From Gammaproteobacteria bacterium (lineage in GTDB: Bacteria > Pseudomonadota > Gammaproteobacteria > Pseudomonadales > JADFDG01), in NCBI GenBank assembly GCA_018262975.1, contig JADFDG010000001.1, positions 163,372 through 227,371 on the forward strand: a stretch of DNA of 64,000 nucleotides, given 5' to 3'. Position numbers and translations under genes: made by a program. Shown here piece by piece: positions 29,571 to 39,510 of the stretch (its first letter is position 1; each line of letters starts with the position of its first letter). Below the pieces are notes generated by a model that was given only the letters and a program-made list of their open reading frames with translations, had not been told where the DNA came from and did not search any database.

Positions 29571-30785
29571 CTAGCGGTAGGCGAGCCCCATGGCCTTGCG
29601 GACTTCTGCCAGCGTGGCCTGGGCGGCGGCGCGGGCTTCCTCGCGACCCTCGGCCAGGATCGAACGCACCAGGTCCGGGCGCTCGGCGAAATGCTGCGCC
29701 CGTTCGCGTACCGGCGCCAGTTCGGCGTTGATCGCGTCGATGACCGGCTGCTTGCATTCCAGGCAGCCGATGCCGGCACTGCGGCACCCCTGCTGGACCC
29801 AGCCCTTCACGTCCTCGCCGGAATAGACCTCGTGCAACTGCCAGACCGGGCAGCGCGCCGGGTCGCCGGCGTCGGTACGACGGACGCGCGCCGGGTCGGT
29901 CGGCATCTTGCGCACCTTCTCCTGCACGACCGCCGGCTCCTCGCGCAGGGCGATCGAGTTGCCGTAGGACTTCGACATCTTCTGGCCGTCGAGGCCCGGC
30001 ATCTTCGATTCGGGGGTCAGCAGCGCCTGCGGCTCGGGCAGGATGATCTTGCCACCACCCTCGAGGTCGCCGAGCAGGCGCTCCTTGTCACCGAGGGTGA
30101 TGTTGCCGTTGTCCTGCACCAGCGCGCGGGCGACATCGCGCGCCGCCTCGTCGCCGCGTTCCTGCCAGGCGCGCTTGTTGTCCACGAACACCTTCGCCGG
30201 CTTCTTGCCGAGTTTCTTCACCGCGGCCTCGACCAGCTGTTCGAAGCCCGGCTCGCGGCCGTACATGTGGTTGAAACGGCGGGCCACCTCGCGGGTGATC
30301 TCCACGTGCGCCACCTGGTCGGCGCCCACCGGCACCTGGCCGGCGCGGTAAATGAGGATGTCGGCGCTCTGCAGCAGCGGGTAACCCAGGAAGCCGTAGG
30401 TGGCGAGATCCTTTTCCTTGAGCTTTTCCTGCTGGTCCTTGTAGGTCGGCACGCGCTCCAGCCAGCCCAGCGGCGTGATCATCGACAGCAACAGGTGCAA
30501 CTCGGCGTGCTCCGGCACCTGCGACTGGATGAAGAGCTTCGCGCCCGACGGGTTGACGCCGGCCGCCAGCCAGTCCACCACCATGTCGAACACGTGGTCT
30601 TCCAGCGAGCCCGGTTCGTCGTAGTGGGTGGTCAGCGCGTGCCAGTCGGCCACGAAGAAGAAGCATTCATAGGCGCGCTGCAACGCCACCCAGTTCTTCA
30701 ACACGCCGTGGTAATGGCCGAGGTGCAGGCGACCGGTCGGACGCATGCCGGAAAGGACGCGCTGCTGGGGATTCACGGAACTCAA
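29571..30785 (-). CDS. trpS: Tryptophan--tRNA ligase (long form with C-terminal Cys4 motif)
   Basis: HLGHYHG (HIGH) and KMSKS motifs. TTG start at 30785 has AGGAGA 5 nt upstream (a GTG alternative lies at 30776). C312/C334/C341/C344 form a cysteine cluster. Confidence 0.9.
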   Translation of the reverse strand: MSSVNPQQRVLSGMRPTGRLHLGHYHGVLKNWVALQRAYECFFFVADWHALTTHYDEPGSLEDHVFDMVVDWLAAGVNPSGAKLFIQSQVPEHAELHLLLSMITPLGWLERVPTYKDQQEKLKEKDLATYGFLGYPLLQSADILIYRAGQVPVGADQVAHVEITREVARRFNHMYGREPGFEQLVEAAVKKLGKKPAKVFVDNKRAWQERGDEAARDVARALVQDNGNITLGDKERLLGDLEGGGKIILPEPQALLTPESKMPGLDGQKMSKSYGNSIALREEPAVVQEKVRKMPTDPARVRRTDAGDPARCPVWQLHEVYSGEDVKGWVQQGCRSAGIGCLECKQPVIDAINAELAPVRERAQHFAERPDLVRSILAEGREEARAAAQATLAEVRKAMGLAYR

Positions 30786-31000
30786 GCGGGTCTCCTGTCT
30801 GCCTTGCTGCCTTGGGCTTGGCCGCCTGGTACGGCCGGCGGACGGCGCCCGGCCGGTGGCCAGGTCCCGTCATGCAAAGCGGGAAAGTATAGCGGCAAAC
30901 GCCGTGCGTATCGGCAGTAGCGCCGCGGCGACATGCCGCGGCACGCGCCAGAACCCCGGCAGCCGCAAGGCGCCGGGGAACAACGATCGCAAGGAAAGAA

Positions 31001-31076
<76 letters not shown>

Positions 31077-31118
31077 CCGGGAAGCCCGCGCCGGACGGCG
31101 CGGACGCACTACGAAAGA

Positions 31119-31194
31119 TGGCGTCCCCTAGGGGAGTCGAACCCCTGTTACCGCCGTGAAAGGGCGGTGTCCTAGGCCACTAGACGAAGGGGAC
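31119..31194 (-). tRNA. tRNA-Glu (anticodon UUC)
   Basis: The reverse complement reads GTCCCCTTCGTCTAGTGGCCTAGGACACCGCCCTTTCACGGCGGTAACAGGGGTTCGACTCCCCTAGGGGACGCCA. Anticodon loop is CTTTCAC, and CCA is encoded. Confidence 0.97.
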
Positions 31195-31212
31195 GTGGCG
31201 TAAGAGGCGCGC

Positions 31213-31241
31213 ATTCTAGGAAGCGTTCCGGGGGTCGTCAA
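31213..31241 (-). promoter_or_regulatory. Sigma70 promoter of the tRNA-Glu/tRNA-Gly operon
   Basis: The minus strand reads TTGACG (31241-31236), a 17-nt spacer, TAGAAT (31218-31213), then the GC-rich discriminator GCGCGCC. It ends about 18 nt before the mature tRNA-Glu 5' end. Confidence 0.6.
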
Positions 31242-31598
31242 CAGTCTGTCGGGAATCTTTTTTCGATCGCTGTTTTTTTATCCAGGCCACCCCTGGCCTG
31301 CCGGGACGACCCGGCAGGCCAGCCGGTGCCCGCGCGCCGTGGACAGGCTGTGGATATTTCTGTGCATGAATTGGCCGGCCGCGCAGTTGCGGGCAGCGGA
31401 CCAGCACCGGCGGCACCGTGCGGCACGTCACAAATCAAAAATAACCATTTACTTTCAATGAATTACAAGCGCATTCAGGGCGCACACGGGCGCCAGACGG
31501 TGGAACAATGGTTCCACGGCGAGCAGTCACTAACTGTGCACAACTTCATGACTGATGCACGAACCGGCCGCCGGCACAACCCCCGAACCGGGGATATT

Positions 31599-32000
31599 TC
31601 AGCGACCGTCCGGTTCCAGCTCGACGGCCACCGAGTTGACGCAATAGCGCAGGCCGGTGGGCGCGGGGCCATCGTCGAACACGTGGCCGAGGTGGGCATC
31701 GCAGCGCGCGCAGCGGATTTCCACGCGCACCATGCCGTGCGTGTGGTCCGGCAGTTCCCGGATGGCGGCCGCCTCCACCGGTTGCCACCAGCTCGGCCAG
31801 CCGGTCCCGGAATCGAACTTGTGCTCGGAGCGGAACAGCGGCGCCCGGCAGCACACGCAGCGGTACAGTCCCGGCGTCTTCGTGGCCCAGTAGCGGCCGG
31901 AAAACGGCGGTTCGGTGCCGCATTGCCGGCACACCCGGTACTGCTCGGCATCCAGCTGGCTGCGCCACTCGCCGTCACTCTTTTCCACCTTGTCGCTCAT
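31599..32000 (-). CDS. msrB: Peptide-methionine (R)-S-oxide reductase
   Basis: Two CxxC zinc motifs (CRQC, CVCC...CARC) and the catalytic RYCVNS. ATG at 32000. Confidence 0.93.
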   Translation of the reverse strand: MSDKVEKSDGEWRSQLDAEQYRVCRQCGTEPPFSGRYWATKTPGLYRCVCCRAPLFRSEHKFDSGTGWPSWWQPVEAAAIRELPDHTHGMVRVEIRCARCDAHLGHVFDDGPAPTGLRYCVNSVAVELEPDGR

Positions 32001-32138
32001 GGCCGTCTCTCCTTCCCTGCCCGGCGCCGCCGGATGCTGACCCCGCGGTCGATTCCCCACATATACACGACCCGGACAACGCCGGTAATATCCCGCGCTT
32101 ACCGCGAAAAATCACGCGGATTGACCGGGCGAGCCGAC

Positions 32139-33365
32139 ATGACCACGCGACACCAGCAACCGATCCTCAAGTCCACCAAGCTGCACAACGTCTGCTACGA
32201 CATCCGTGGCCCGGTGCTGGAAGTGGCCAAGCGCATGGAAGAGGAAGGCTCGCGCCTGATCAAGCTGAACATCGGCAACCCGGCGCCGTTCGGATTCGGC
32301 GCGCCGGACGAGATCCTGCAGGACGTCATCTACAACCTGCCGAACGCCACCGGCTACTCCGACTCCAAGGGCCTGTTCTCCGCGCGCAAGGCGGTGATGC
32401 AGCACTACCAGGAAAAGGGCGTGTTCGGCGTCACCATCGACGACATCTACCTCGGCAACGGCGCCTCCGAGCTGATCGTCATGGCGATGCAGGCGTTGCT
32501 CAACAACGGTGACGAGATCCTGATCCCGGCGCCGGACTACCCGCTGTGGACGGCGGCCGCCAGCCTGGCCGGCGGCAAGCCGGTGCACTACCTGTGCGAC
32601 GAGCAGCAGGGCTGGATGCCGTCCATCGAGGACATCAAGCGCAAGATCACGCCGAACACGCGCGGCATCGTGGTGATCAACCCGAACAATCCCACCGGTG
32701 CAAACTACACCAGGGACCTGCTGCTCGACATCGTCAAGCTGGCGCGCGAGCACGGGCTGATCATTTTCGCCGACGAGATCTACGACAAGATCCTCTACGA
32801 CAACGAGGTGCACGTGCCGATGTCGTCGCTGGCCGACGACCTGCTGGTGGTCACCTTCAACGGCCTGTCCAAGGCCTACCGCGCCGCCGGCTTCCGCAGC
32901 GGCTGGCTGATGGTCAGCGGCAACAAGGCGCGCGCGAAGGACTACATCCAGGGCCTGGACATGCTCGCCTCGATGCGCCTGTGTGCCAACGTACCGGCGC
33001 AATGGGCCATCCAGACCGCGCTGGGCGGCTACCAGTCGATCAACGACCTGATCAAGCCCGGCGGCCGCCTGTGCCGCCAGCGCGACCTGTGCCACCAGTT
33101 GCTCAACGACATCCCCGGCGTTTCCTGCGTGAAGCCGCAGGGCGCGCTGTACGCGTTCCCGCGCCTGGACCCGAAGGTGTACGAGATCCACAACGACCAG
33201 CAGTTCGTGCTCGAATTCCTGCAGGAAGAGAAAGTCCTGCTGGTGCAGGGCAGCGGCTTCAACTGGCCGCACCCGGACCACGTGCGCATCGTGTTCCTGC
33301 CCAACGAGGACGACCTGCGCGAGGCCATCGGCCGCTTCGCCAACTTCCTGTCGCGTCGTCGCTGA
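32139..33365 (+). CDS. alaA: Glutamate-pyruvate (alanine) aminotransferase, AlaA/YfbQ-like
   Basis: Near-colinear similarity to E. coli AlaA as I recall it (KLNIGNPAPFGF, INPNNPTG, FNGLSKAYRAAGFR, MRLCANVPAQ). ATG at 32139 in the frame of track ORF 31326..33365. Confidence 0.9.
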   Translation: MTTRHQQPILKSTKLHNVCYDIRGPVLEVAKRMEEEGSRLIKLNIGNPAPFGFGAPDEILQDVIYNLPNATGYSDSKGLFSARKAVMQHYQEKGVFGVTIDDIYLGNGASELIVMAMQALLNNGDEILIPAPDYPLWTAAASLAGGKPVHYLCDEQQGWMPSIEDIKRKITPNTRGIVVINPNNPTGANYTRDLLLDIVKLAREHGLIIFADEIYDKILYDNEVHVPMSSLADDLLVVTFNGLSKAYRAAGFRSGWLMVSGNKARAKDYIQGLDMLASMRLCANVPAQWAIQTALGGYQSINDLIKPGGRLCRQRDLCHQLLNDIPGVSCVKPQGALYAFPRLDPKVYEIHNDQQFVLEFLQEEKVLLVQGSGFNWPHPDHVRIVFLPNEDDLREAIGRFANFLSRRR

Positions 33366-33385
33366 GCACGCGGGCGGACGGGCAG

Positions 33386-33829
33386 ATGGCCGACATCCAC
33401 ATCGACGATTTCTGCCGCGACGTTGCCGTCGTGCTGGTGACGCTGTGGAACGCCTTCCCGCGCCGCCACACCATCTACGTCGAGGACGTGTCCGGCCCGG
33501 ACGAGACCGACGAGGTGGGGCTGCACAGCAACCGCTTCCACGCCTGCCTGGGTTCCATGCTGTGGCTGGCCGACGAGGGCTACATCCGCTACGAATCGCT
33601 GGTCTACCGCGAGGGCATCGACCAGGCGACGCTTACCGAGAAGGCCTTCGTGGCGTTGTCGGCGGCCAGCGACGTGCGTTTCGACGACCCGATCGACCCG
33701 TCGCTGCCGGAATCGGTCGCGCAGCAGAAGCAGACGCTGGTGGCGCAGATCCGCATGGCGCTGCGCAGCGGCTCGTCGAACAACATCAACCAGATCGTCC
33801 GCTACTTCTTCACGCGCGCCAGCCTGTAA
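33386..33829 (+). CDS. Hypothetical protein (147 aa)
   Basis: ATG lies 20 nt after the alaA stop. Codon usage is good and the sequence looks protein-like (MADIHIDDFCRDVAVVLVTLWNAF...). No family recognised. Confidence 0.55.
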   Translation: MADIHIDDFCRDVAVVLVTLWNAFPRRHTIYVEDVSGPDETDEVGLHSNRFHACLGSMLWLADEGYIRYESLVYREGIDQATLTEKAFVALSAASDVRFDDPIDPSLPESVAQQKQTLVAQIRMALRSGSSNNINQIVRYFFTRASL

Positions 33830-33878
33830 CGAGCGGGCCATGCCCGCGACGGGCACGCTCGGGCGCATGGCGCCCTCG

Positions 33879-34877
33879 CTACAGGGGCGGCAGGTCGGCC
33901 GGCCGGGTGTAGCGGTAATGCACCACCTTGAGCGCGGCCTGCGGGTCGCTGTCGGCGAATTCCGCCGGGTTGGGCAGGCGCGCCACGCGCACCGCGCCCG
34001 GCAGTTCCTGCGCGAACACGGCGTCGAGGAAGTCCTCGCCCAGGTGCGGGGCATTCAGGCAGGCCAGGATGTCGGCCTCCGGCTTGAGCAACTTGGCGAA
34101 GCGCCGCACCACCTTGCCGTAATCCTTCTCCACCACGAAGCTGCCCTTCTGCAGGGTGGGCGGATCCATGATGGCGATGTCGTAACGGCCCAGCTTGTGC
34201 AGCTTGTTCCAGGAGCGGAACAGGTCGTGGTCGAGGAAATGGATGTCTTCGGTGCCCAGCCCGTTCAGGCGATGGTTGTCACGGCCGATGGACAACGACG
34301 GCCGGCTGAGGTCGATGTTCACCACCCGCCCGGCGCCGGCGGCGCGCGCCACCACCGAAAATGCACAGGTGAAGGCAAACAGGTTGAGCACCGAGCGGCC
34401 GCCGGCGCGCTCGCGCAACCAGGTACGCGCTTCGCGCATGTCCAGGAAGAAGCCGAGGTTCTGCCCACGCGTCGGGTCGATGCGGAACGCCAGGCCGGCT
34501 TCGTGCGCCAGCATGTCCGCCGGCAGGCTGCCGTGCACCACCTCGAAGGCGACGTCCGCGCCGTCCCCGCGCCGCTGCACGGCCAGGCAGTCGCCCTCTG
34601 CCAGCCCCAGCCGCTGCACCAGGCCGGCCAGCAGCGCCTCTTCAAGCTCCGGCGCCAGTGGACGGAACAGGGTCACCAGCACCAGCGGCGGGAACCTGTC
34701 GATACACACGTGTTCAAAGCCGGGATGGCAACGCCCCCGCCCGTGGAACAGGCGACGCGCCTCTCCGCCGGCCCCGGCGGCGCGGACAGCGCAGGTATCG
34801 AGAATGCCCTGCAGGTCCAGGGGGCTTTCGGCAGGCGGGCGGGTCGCGGGGAAATCTGTCACAGGAGGTAAAGGCAC
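33879..34877 (-). CDS. Class I SAM-dependent methyltransferase (RlmI/RlmKL-type catalytic domain)
   Basis: [12 protein letters not shown] and IMDPP motifs typical of PF10672-type rRNA methyltransferases. The start is uncertain: GTG 34877 follows AAGGTGG, and the track uses TTG 34901. Confidence 0.72.
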   Translation of the reverse strand: MPLPPVTDFPATRPPAESPLDLQGILDTCAVRAAGAGGEARRLFHGRGRCHPGFEHVCIDRFPPLVLVTLFRPLAPELEEALLAGLVQRLGLAEGDCLAVQRRGDGADVAFEVVHGSLPADMLAHEAGLAFRIDPTRGQNLGFFLDMREARTWLRERAGGRSVLNLFAFTCAFSVVARAAGAGRVVNIDLSRPSLSIGRDNHRLNGLGTEDIHFLDHDLFRSWNKLHKLGRYDIAIMDPPTLQKGSFVVEKDYGKVVRRFAKLLKPEADILACLNAPHLGEDFLDAVFAQELPGAVRVARLPNPAEFADSDPQAALKVVHYRYTRPADLPPL

Positions 34878-34972
34878 ACTCGTGCCACCTTGAAAACGCA
34901 ACGCGGGACCCGCATTGTAGCGCCCGTGTGAGACAGCACAACGAACCGAGTAACCAGGAGCGTTCTACCACC

Positions 34973-35854
34973 ATGTTGCGCATCTTCCTTTTCCTGCTCA
35001 CCAACATCGCCGTGATCGCGCTGGCCAGCATCACGCTGAGCCTGCTGGGCTTCACCGGTTTCATGCAGGCCAACGGGGTCGACCTCGACCTCGGCCAGCT
35101 GCTGGTGTTCTGCGCCGTGTTCGGTTTCGCCGGTTCACTGGTGTCGCTGCTGATGTCCAAGTGGATGGCCAAGCGCGCCATGGGCGTGCACGTCATCGAG
35201 CAGCCGCGCAACCAGACCGAGCAGTGGCTGGTACGCACTGTCCAGGAGCTGTCGCAGCAGGCCGGCATCGGCATGCCGGAAGTCGGCATCTTCGACGCCC
35301 CGGAATCCAACGCCTTCGCCACCGGCTGGAACCGCAACAACGCGCTGGTCGCGGTGAGCACCGGCCTGCTGTCGCGCTTCCGTGAAGACGAGGCCCGCGC
35401 GGTACTGGCGCACGAGATCGGCCACGTGGCCAACGGCGACATGGTCACCCTCACCCTGATCCAGGGCGTGGTGAACACCTTCGTGATGTTCTTCGCGCGC
35501 ATCATCGGCCACACCGTTGACCGCGTGGTGTTCAAGACCGAAGAAGGCCACGGCATCGGCTTCTACATCGTGACCTTCGTGGCCGAGATCATCCTCGGCA
35601 TCCTGGCCACCATGGTGGTGATGGCCTTCTCGCGCTGGCGCGAATACCGCGCCGACGCGGCCGGTGCCCGCCTGTCCTCCAGCGGCGCCATGATCCGCGC
35701 CCTGGAGCGACTCAAGGCCGAGCACGAGGCCGGCGCCGAGGTGCACATGCCGGACACCATGCGCGCCTTCGGCATCGCCGGCGGCCTGGGCAAGTTCTTC
35801 GCCTCGCACCCGCCGCTCGACGCGCGTATCGCTGCCCTGCGCAACGCCGCCTGA
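34973..35854 (+). CDS. htpX: Zinc metalloprotease HtpX
   Basis: [14 protein letters not shown]..., the HEIGH zinc motif ([12 protein letters not shown]) and 4 TM segments. ATG at 34973 with AGGAG upstream. Confidence 0.93.
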   Translation: MLRIFLFLLTNIAVIALASITLSLLGFTGFMQANGVDLDLGQLLVFCAVFGFAGSLVSLLMSKWMAKRAMGVHVIEQPRNQTEQWLVRTVQELSQQAGIGMPEVGIFDAPESNAFATGWNRNNALVAVSTGLLSRFREDEARAVLAHEIGHVANGDMVTLTLIQGVVNTFVMFFARIIGHTVDRVVFKTEEGHGIGFYIVTFVAEIILGILATMVVMAFSRWREYRADAAGARLSSSGAMIRALERLKAEHEAGAEVHMPDTMRAFGIAGGLGKFFASHPPLDARIAALRNAA

Positions 35855-35869
35855 GCAAGACCGTTCGAC

Positions 35870-35897
35870 AAAAAGCCGCCCCCGGGGCGGCTTTTTC
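35870..35897. terminator. Bidirectional rho-independent terminator (htpX / NAD-kinase-like gene)
   Basis: AAAAAGCCGCCCCCGGGGCGGCTTTTT: a GC stem flanked by an A-run and a T-run, between convergent stops at 35854 and 35924. Confidence 0.85.
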
Positions 35898-35923
35898 ATT
35901 GGTGTGCCGGCGATGCGGGTGTT

Positions 35924-37102
35924 TCAGGCCGGCAGGTCGGCCGCCGCCACCCGGTACAACACCTGCCGGCGATAGCCGGTGATCACCGTGCGCAAACCGG
36001 CCAGCCGGTGATCCAGGGCGCGGTCGCCGGTATCCACCAGCAGCGGCCTGCCCGCCAGTTCATCCAGCTTGTTGCGCGTGGCGAGGATGAGCATGTTGTC
36101 GATGCCGATGCGCGCGAGCACCGCTGCCGACAACTGCTGGTTGCCGCGCCCGAACAGGAAGCCCTGGCCTCCGGTGACGGTCACCACCAGCTTCACCCGC
36201 GGATGCGCATCCAGCAGCTGTTCCAGCGCACGCGCATCGAGGTCCGCCGCCAGCAAGCCGCGGTCGAGTACCGCGTCGATCCCCAGCAGCGACCCGGCAA
36301 GGCCCAGTTCCGCCAGCACCGCCTTGGGCGTCGTGCCGGTGCCCACCAGGTACAGCACGCCCTCCTCCATGTCTTCGGCGATGCCGGCGGCAATCTCCTG
36401 CTGCGCCAGCGGCTCGGCCTCCTTGCCACCGCACTTCACGTGTTGCACGTAGCCACGCACGCCAGGCACCCGCAGTTCGCCGTACCAGCGCGACTGCACG
36501 CGGTCATGGCGGAAGGCCTCCTCGTCGATGTCGCGCACCTCCGCCTGCTCGACCGACACCGCTTCCCCGCCCGCCAGGCGCGCGACGATTTCCGCGGCCG
36601 CCTCCGGTGAGACCGCGAACACTCCCGAATACATCTTCACGCCGGCGGGGATGCCCAGCACCGGCACCCGCTGGCCGACCGCATCGCAGACATCGCGGGC
36701 GGTGCCATCGCCGCCGGCGAACAGCAACAGGTCGATGCCGGCCTCGACCAGGGCACGGGCTGCGGCCCGGGTGTCGGCCGGAGTGCTCGGCTCACTGGCT
36801 GGCTGGCCCAGCACGCCTGGCTGCAGCCCGGCCGCACGGACGACGTCCGCACCCATCCCACCACCGAAGCAGTAAACGGCGACATCGAGCGGGCGCGCGG
36901 CCAGCGCGTGCAGGCAGCGCAGCGCCCGTTCACCGGCCAGTGGCACCGCGCCGAGCGCGACCGCCCGGTCACGGATTTCCGTGCCGTCGCTGCCACGCAA
37001 GCCGGCGGGGCCGCCAATGCCGGCCCAGGGATTCACCACCAGGCCGATGCGGAAATGCGAGTGATTCACGACTGTAATCCTTGCTAACAATTGGCGCGGC
37101 AT
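35924..37102 (-). CDS. ATP-NAD kinase family protein (COG3199-like)
   Basis: FAGGDGTARDV and GIPAGVKMYSGVFA motifs of the NAD kinase / diacylglycerol kinase fold. ATG at 37102. Confidence 0.72.
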   Translation of the reverse strand: MPRQLLARITVVNHSHFRIGLVVNPWAGIGGPAGLRGSDGTEIRDRAVALGAVPLAGERALRCLHALAARPLDVAVYCFGGGMGADVVRAAGLQPGVLGQPASEPSTPADTRAAARALVEAGIDLLLFAGGDGTARDVCDAVGQRVPVLGIPAGVKMYSGVFAVSPEAAAEIVARLAGGEAVSVEQAEVRDIDEEAFRHDRVQSRWYGELRVPGVRGYVQHVKCGGKEAEPLAQQEIAAGIAEDMEEGVLYLVGTGTTPKAVLAELGLAGSLLGIDAVLDRGLLAADLDARALEQLLDAHPRVKLVVTVTGGQGFLFGRGNQQLSAAVLARIGIDNMLILATRNKLDELAGRPLLVDTGDRALDHRLAGLRTVITGYRRQVLYRVAAADLPA

Positions 37103-37208
37103 GCCGACATGTCGCGTTCATGCACGAGAGTCTAGTCTGTACCCGTACCACGTCGCAGACAGGGCAACGGGACCGCACAGGCGGCAGACCGACCCGGGAG
37201 GAACCGAC

Positions 37209-37415
37209 ATGCAGGCCAACATTCCCGCGGATTCCCGCAACAGCGACGCGCGCCGCGATCCGGACGCGCCGGTGGGCTGGGGCGCTGCCATTGTCGACGA
37301 GCAAGGCAACGAAACGCCGATCACCGAATCGATGATCGCGCGCGCCTGCGACGAACTGGCCCGCCACTGGACCTTCCCGGTAGGCAACCGTACGCGCGGC
37401 GCCCTCGCCGGCTAG
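37209..37415 (+). CDS. Small hypothetical protein (68 aa)
   Basis: ATG at 37209 is preceded by GGGAGGAA. Its stop shares the palindrome CTAG with the convergent pdxB stop. Confidence 0.45.
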   Translation: MQANIPADSRNSDARRDPDAPVGWGAAIVDEQGNETPITESMIARACDELARHWTFPVGNRTRGALAG

Positions 37416-38569
37416 TCCTCCACTCCGAATCCCAGCGCCGCGAGCAGCTGCAAGGTTGCCCGCGGCGTTTCTTTTTGCGCGTCATCCGCAACGCCATGCA
37501 CCCGGTAGGCGGAGAATTCGCGGCGCTCGGCGTAATGACGGCGCAAGCGGTCGAACGCCAGCGCCGTCTCGCCGGCATCACCGCTGACCACGGCACGCAG
37601 GCGGGTATCGTCGCCACGCACGTCGCAGCAGGTGGCCAGCAGGCTTGCCAGCGAGCCGGGCCAGGCCACCTCGCGCGGGGCGTCGCCGGCCCGTGCGCGG
37701 ATATCCGCCAGGCTGACGCGCGGAGCGATTCCCAGTGCGCTGCACGCCGCGCGGTAAACCTGCTCGGTGCCACGCCACTTGCCCTCCACCGAGTAACCGG
37801 CAATGTGCGGCGTGCCGAGCCAGCAGCGCGACAACAGTGCCGGCGGCACCGCCGGTTCATCTTCCCAGACATCAAGGACGGCGCGGCGTGACGGCTCGCG
37901 GGCCAGCAGTGTGTCCAACGCCGCGTTGTCCACCACCGGTCCGCGCGCGGTGTTGACCAGCAGTTGCCAGCGACCTGCACGCAGGCGCGCCTCGTCGAGC
38001 AGGTGCCAGGTAGGCGCGTCACCGCCGCGCGTCAGCGGCACGTGCAGGGTCAGGATGTCGGCGCGCGCCAGCAGCGTGTCGAGGTCCAGCAACGTCGCGC
38101 CGGCCGGCAATGCATCGCGCGGCAGCAGCGGGTCACAGACGACCACCTGCAGGCCGAGCGCCTGCGCGCGCGGCACCACTGCCCGGCCGACATTGCCGCA
38201 GCCGATCACGCCCAGGCACTGCCCGGCCAGTTCACGTCCGCTGCGCGCGGCATGCAGTGCCAGCACGGTGCACACGTACTCGGCCACCGCGACGGCATTG
38301 CAACCCGGCGCGGCGGCAAACGGTATGCCACGCGCGGCCAGCCAGCCGGTATCGACGTGGTCGGTGCCGATGGTGGCGGTGCCGACGAAGCGCGGCGCTG
38401 CCCGCGCGAGCAGTGCGGCGTCCACGCGCGTCACCGAGCGCACCAGCAACAGGTCGGCATCGGCGACGTCCACCGCTGTCATGGCGCGGCCCGGCAGGCG
38501 GCGGATCTCCCCCAGCCCGGAAAAGAATTCATCCAGCAGCGGCATGTTCTCGTCGGCAACGATCAGCAT
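37412..38569 (-). CDS. pdxB: 4-phosphoerythronate dehydrogenase
   Basis: MLIVADENMPLLDEFF..., the GVIGCGNVG NAD motif and a PdxB-specific C-terminal dimerisation region. ATG at 38569 is preceded by AGGAG. Confidence 0.9.
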   Translation of the reverse strand: MLIVADENMPLLDEFFSGLGEIRRLPGRAMTAVDVADADLLLVRSVTRVDAALLARAAPRFVGTATIGTDHVDTGWLAARGIPFAAAPGCNAVAVAEYVCTVLALHAARSGRELAGQCLGVIGCGNVGRAVVPRAQALGLQVVVCDPLLPRDALPAGATLLDLDTLLARADILTLHVPLTRGGDAPTWHLLDEARLRAGRWQLLVNTARGPVVDNAALDTLLAREPSRRAVLDVWEDEPAVPPALLSRCWLGTPHIAGYSVEGKWRGTEQVYRAACSALGIAPRVSLADIRARAGDAPREVAWPGSLASLLATCCDVRGDDTRLRAVVSGDAGETALAFDRLRRHYAERREFSAYRVHGVADDAQKETPRATLQLLAALGFGVED

Positions 38570-38574
38570 CTCGT

Positions 38575-39510
38575 TCACTCCTGTTGCAGCATCGCGGCAC
38601 GCAGCGCACGGGCACTGCCGGCCGGCAGGCCGAGCGAAGCGACCGCTTCGTCGACCTGCGCCGCCGGTGCGGGCCGGAAGCGCAGCGACGACACCCGCGG
38701 CAAGCCGGTGGCCCGGCGCGACAAGGTCACCAGGCGCAGGTTCAGGCGCACGCGCGGCGCATGGTCCGCCAGCAGGTCCGCCAGCCGTGGGGCACCGCGC
38801 AGAGGCAGGCCGGCCACCCGCTGCGGCTGCGCCAGCAACTCCTCCACGTGCCGGCAATGTCCGAGCAGGGCCAGCGCGGTACGCGGACCGATGCCGGGCA
38901 CACCCGGCACGTCATCGACCGGGTCGCCGGTGAGCGCCTGCAGTTCCGGCAGGCGCTCCGGGTGGATGCCCAGCCAGCTCGCCACGTCATCGCGGTCCAG
39001 CAGGCGATCGCGGGCCGCCTGCCACAGAAGGTCGTGCGGGCCGGCCAGCGCCTGCGCCAGGTCCTTGTCCTCGCCGGCCAGCACGCTGAAACCGCCCGCC
39101 GCCGCAACCCGCGCGGCCAGCGTTGCCAGCAAGTCATCGGCCTCGAACTCGCGACTGGCCATCGCGCGCAATCCGAGGCGCTCCACGAGCAGCCGGCAGG
39201 CCTGCATCTGCCAGGCGAGGTCCTCGTCGGGCAACACCCGGCTGGCCTTGTAGCCGGGATCGAGGCGGTGGCGGAACCCGCTGAACAGGGACTCGTCAAA
39301 CGCTATGGCGACCGCAGCGGGACGGGCCTCGGCGAGCAGGCGCGCCAGCGTGCGGGCAAAGCCCACCACGGCGTTCAGCGGACGGCCTCGCCGGTCGGCA
39401 AAGACGTCGGGCACGCCGAACCAGGCCCGGAACAGGTAAGCCGAGGCATCGACGAGCAGCACACCGCCAGCGGGCGGTCGGGGACGGGAGGGTCTGGTCA
39501 CGCCCGGCAT
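38575..39510 (-). CDS. xni: 5'-3' exonuclease / flap endonuclease (Xni/ExoIX-like)
   Basis: LLVDASAYLFRAWF, EFEADDLLATLA and the H3TH GVPGIGPRTA. ATG at 39510; the track ORF starts 16 codons earlier. Confidence 0.82.
   Translation of the reverse strand: MPGVTRPSRPRPPAGGVLLVDASAYLFRAWFGVPDVFADRRGRPLNAVVGFARTLARLLAEARPAAVAIAFDESLFSGFRHRLDPGYKASRVLPDEDLAWQMQACRLLVERLGLRAMASREFEADDLLATLAARVAAAGGFSVLAGEDKDLAQALAGPHDLLWQAARDRLLDRDDVASWLGIHPERLPELQALTGDPVDDVPGVPGIGPRTALALLGHCRHVEELLAQPQRVAGLPLRGAPRLADLLADHAPRVRLNLRLVTLSRRATGLPRVSSLRFRPAPAAQVDEAVASLGLPAGSARALRAAMLQQE

Noticed and set aside
31195-31598. Integrated mobile element or island remnant next to the tRNA genes.
   Set aside because: There is no integrase, transposase or phage gene on either side. 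I saw no direct repeat of a tRNA 3' end. The flanking genes (trpS, msrB, alaA) are core housekeeping genes.
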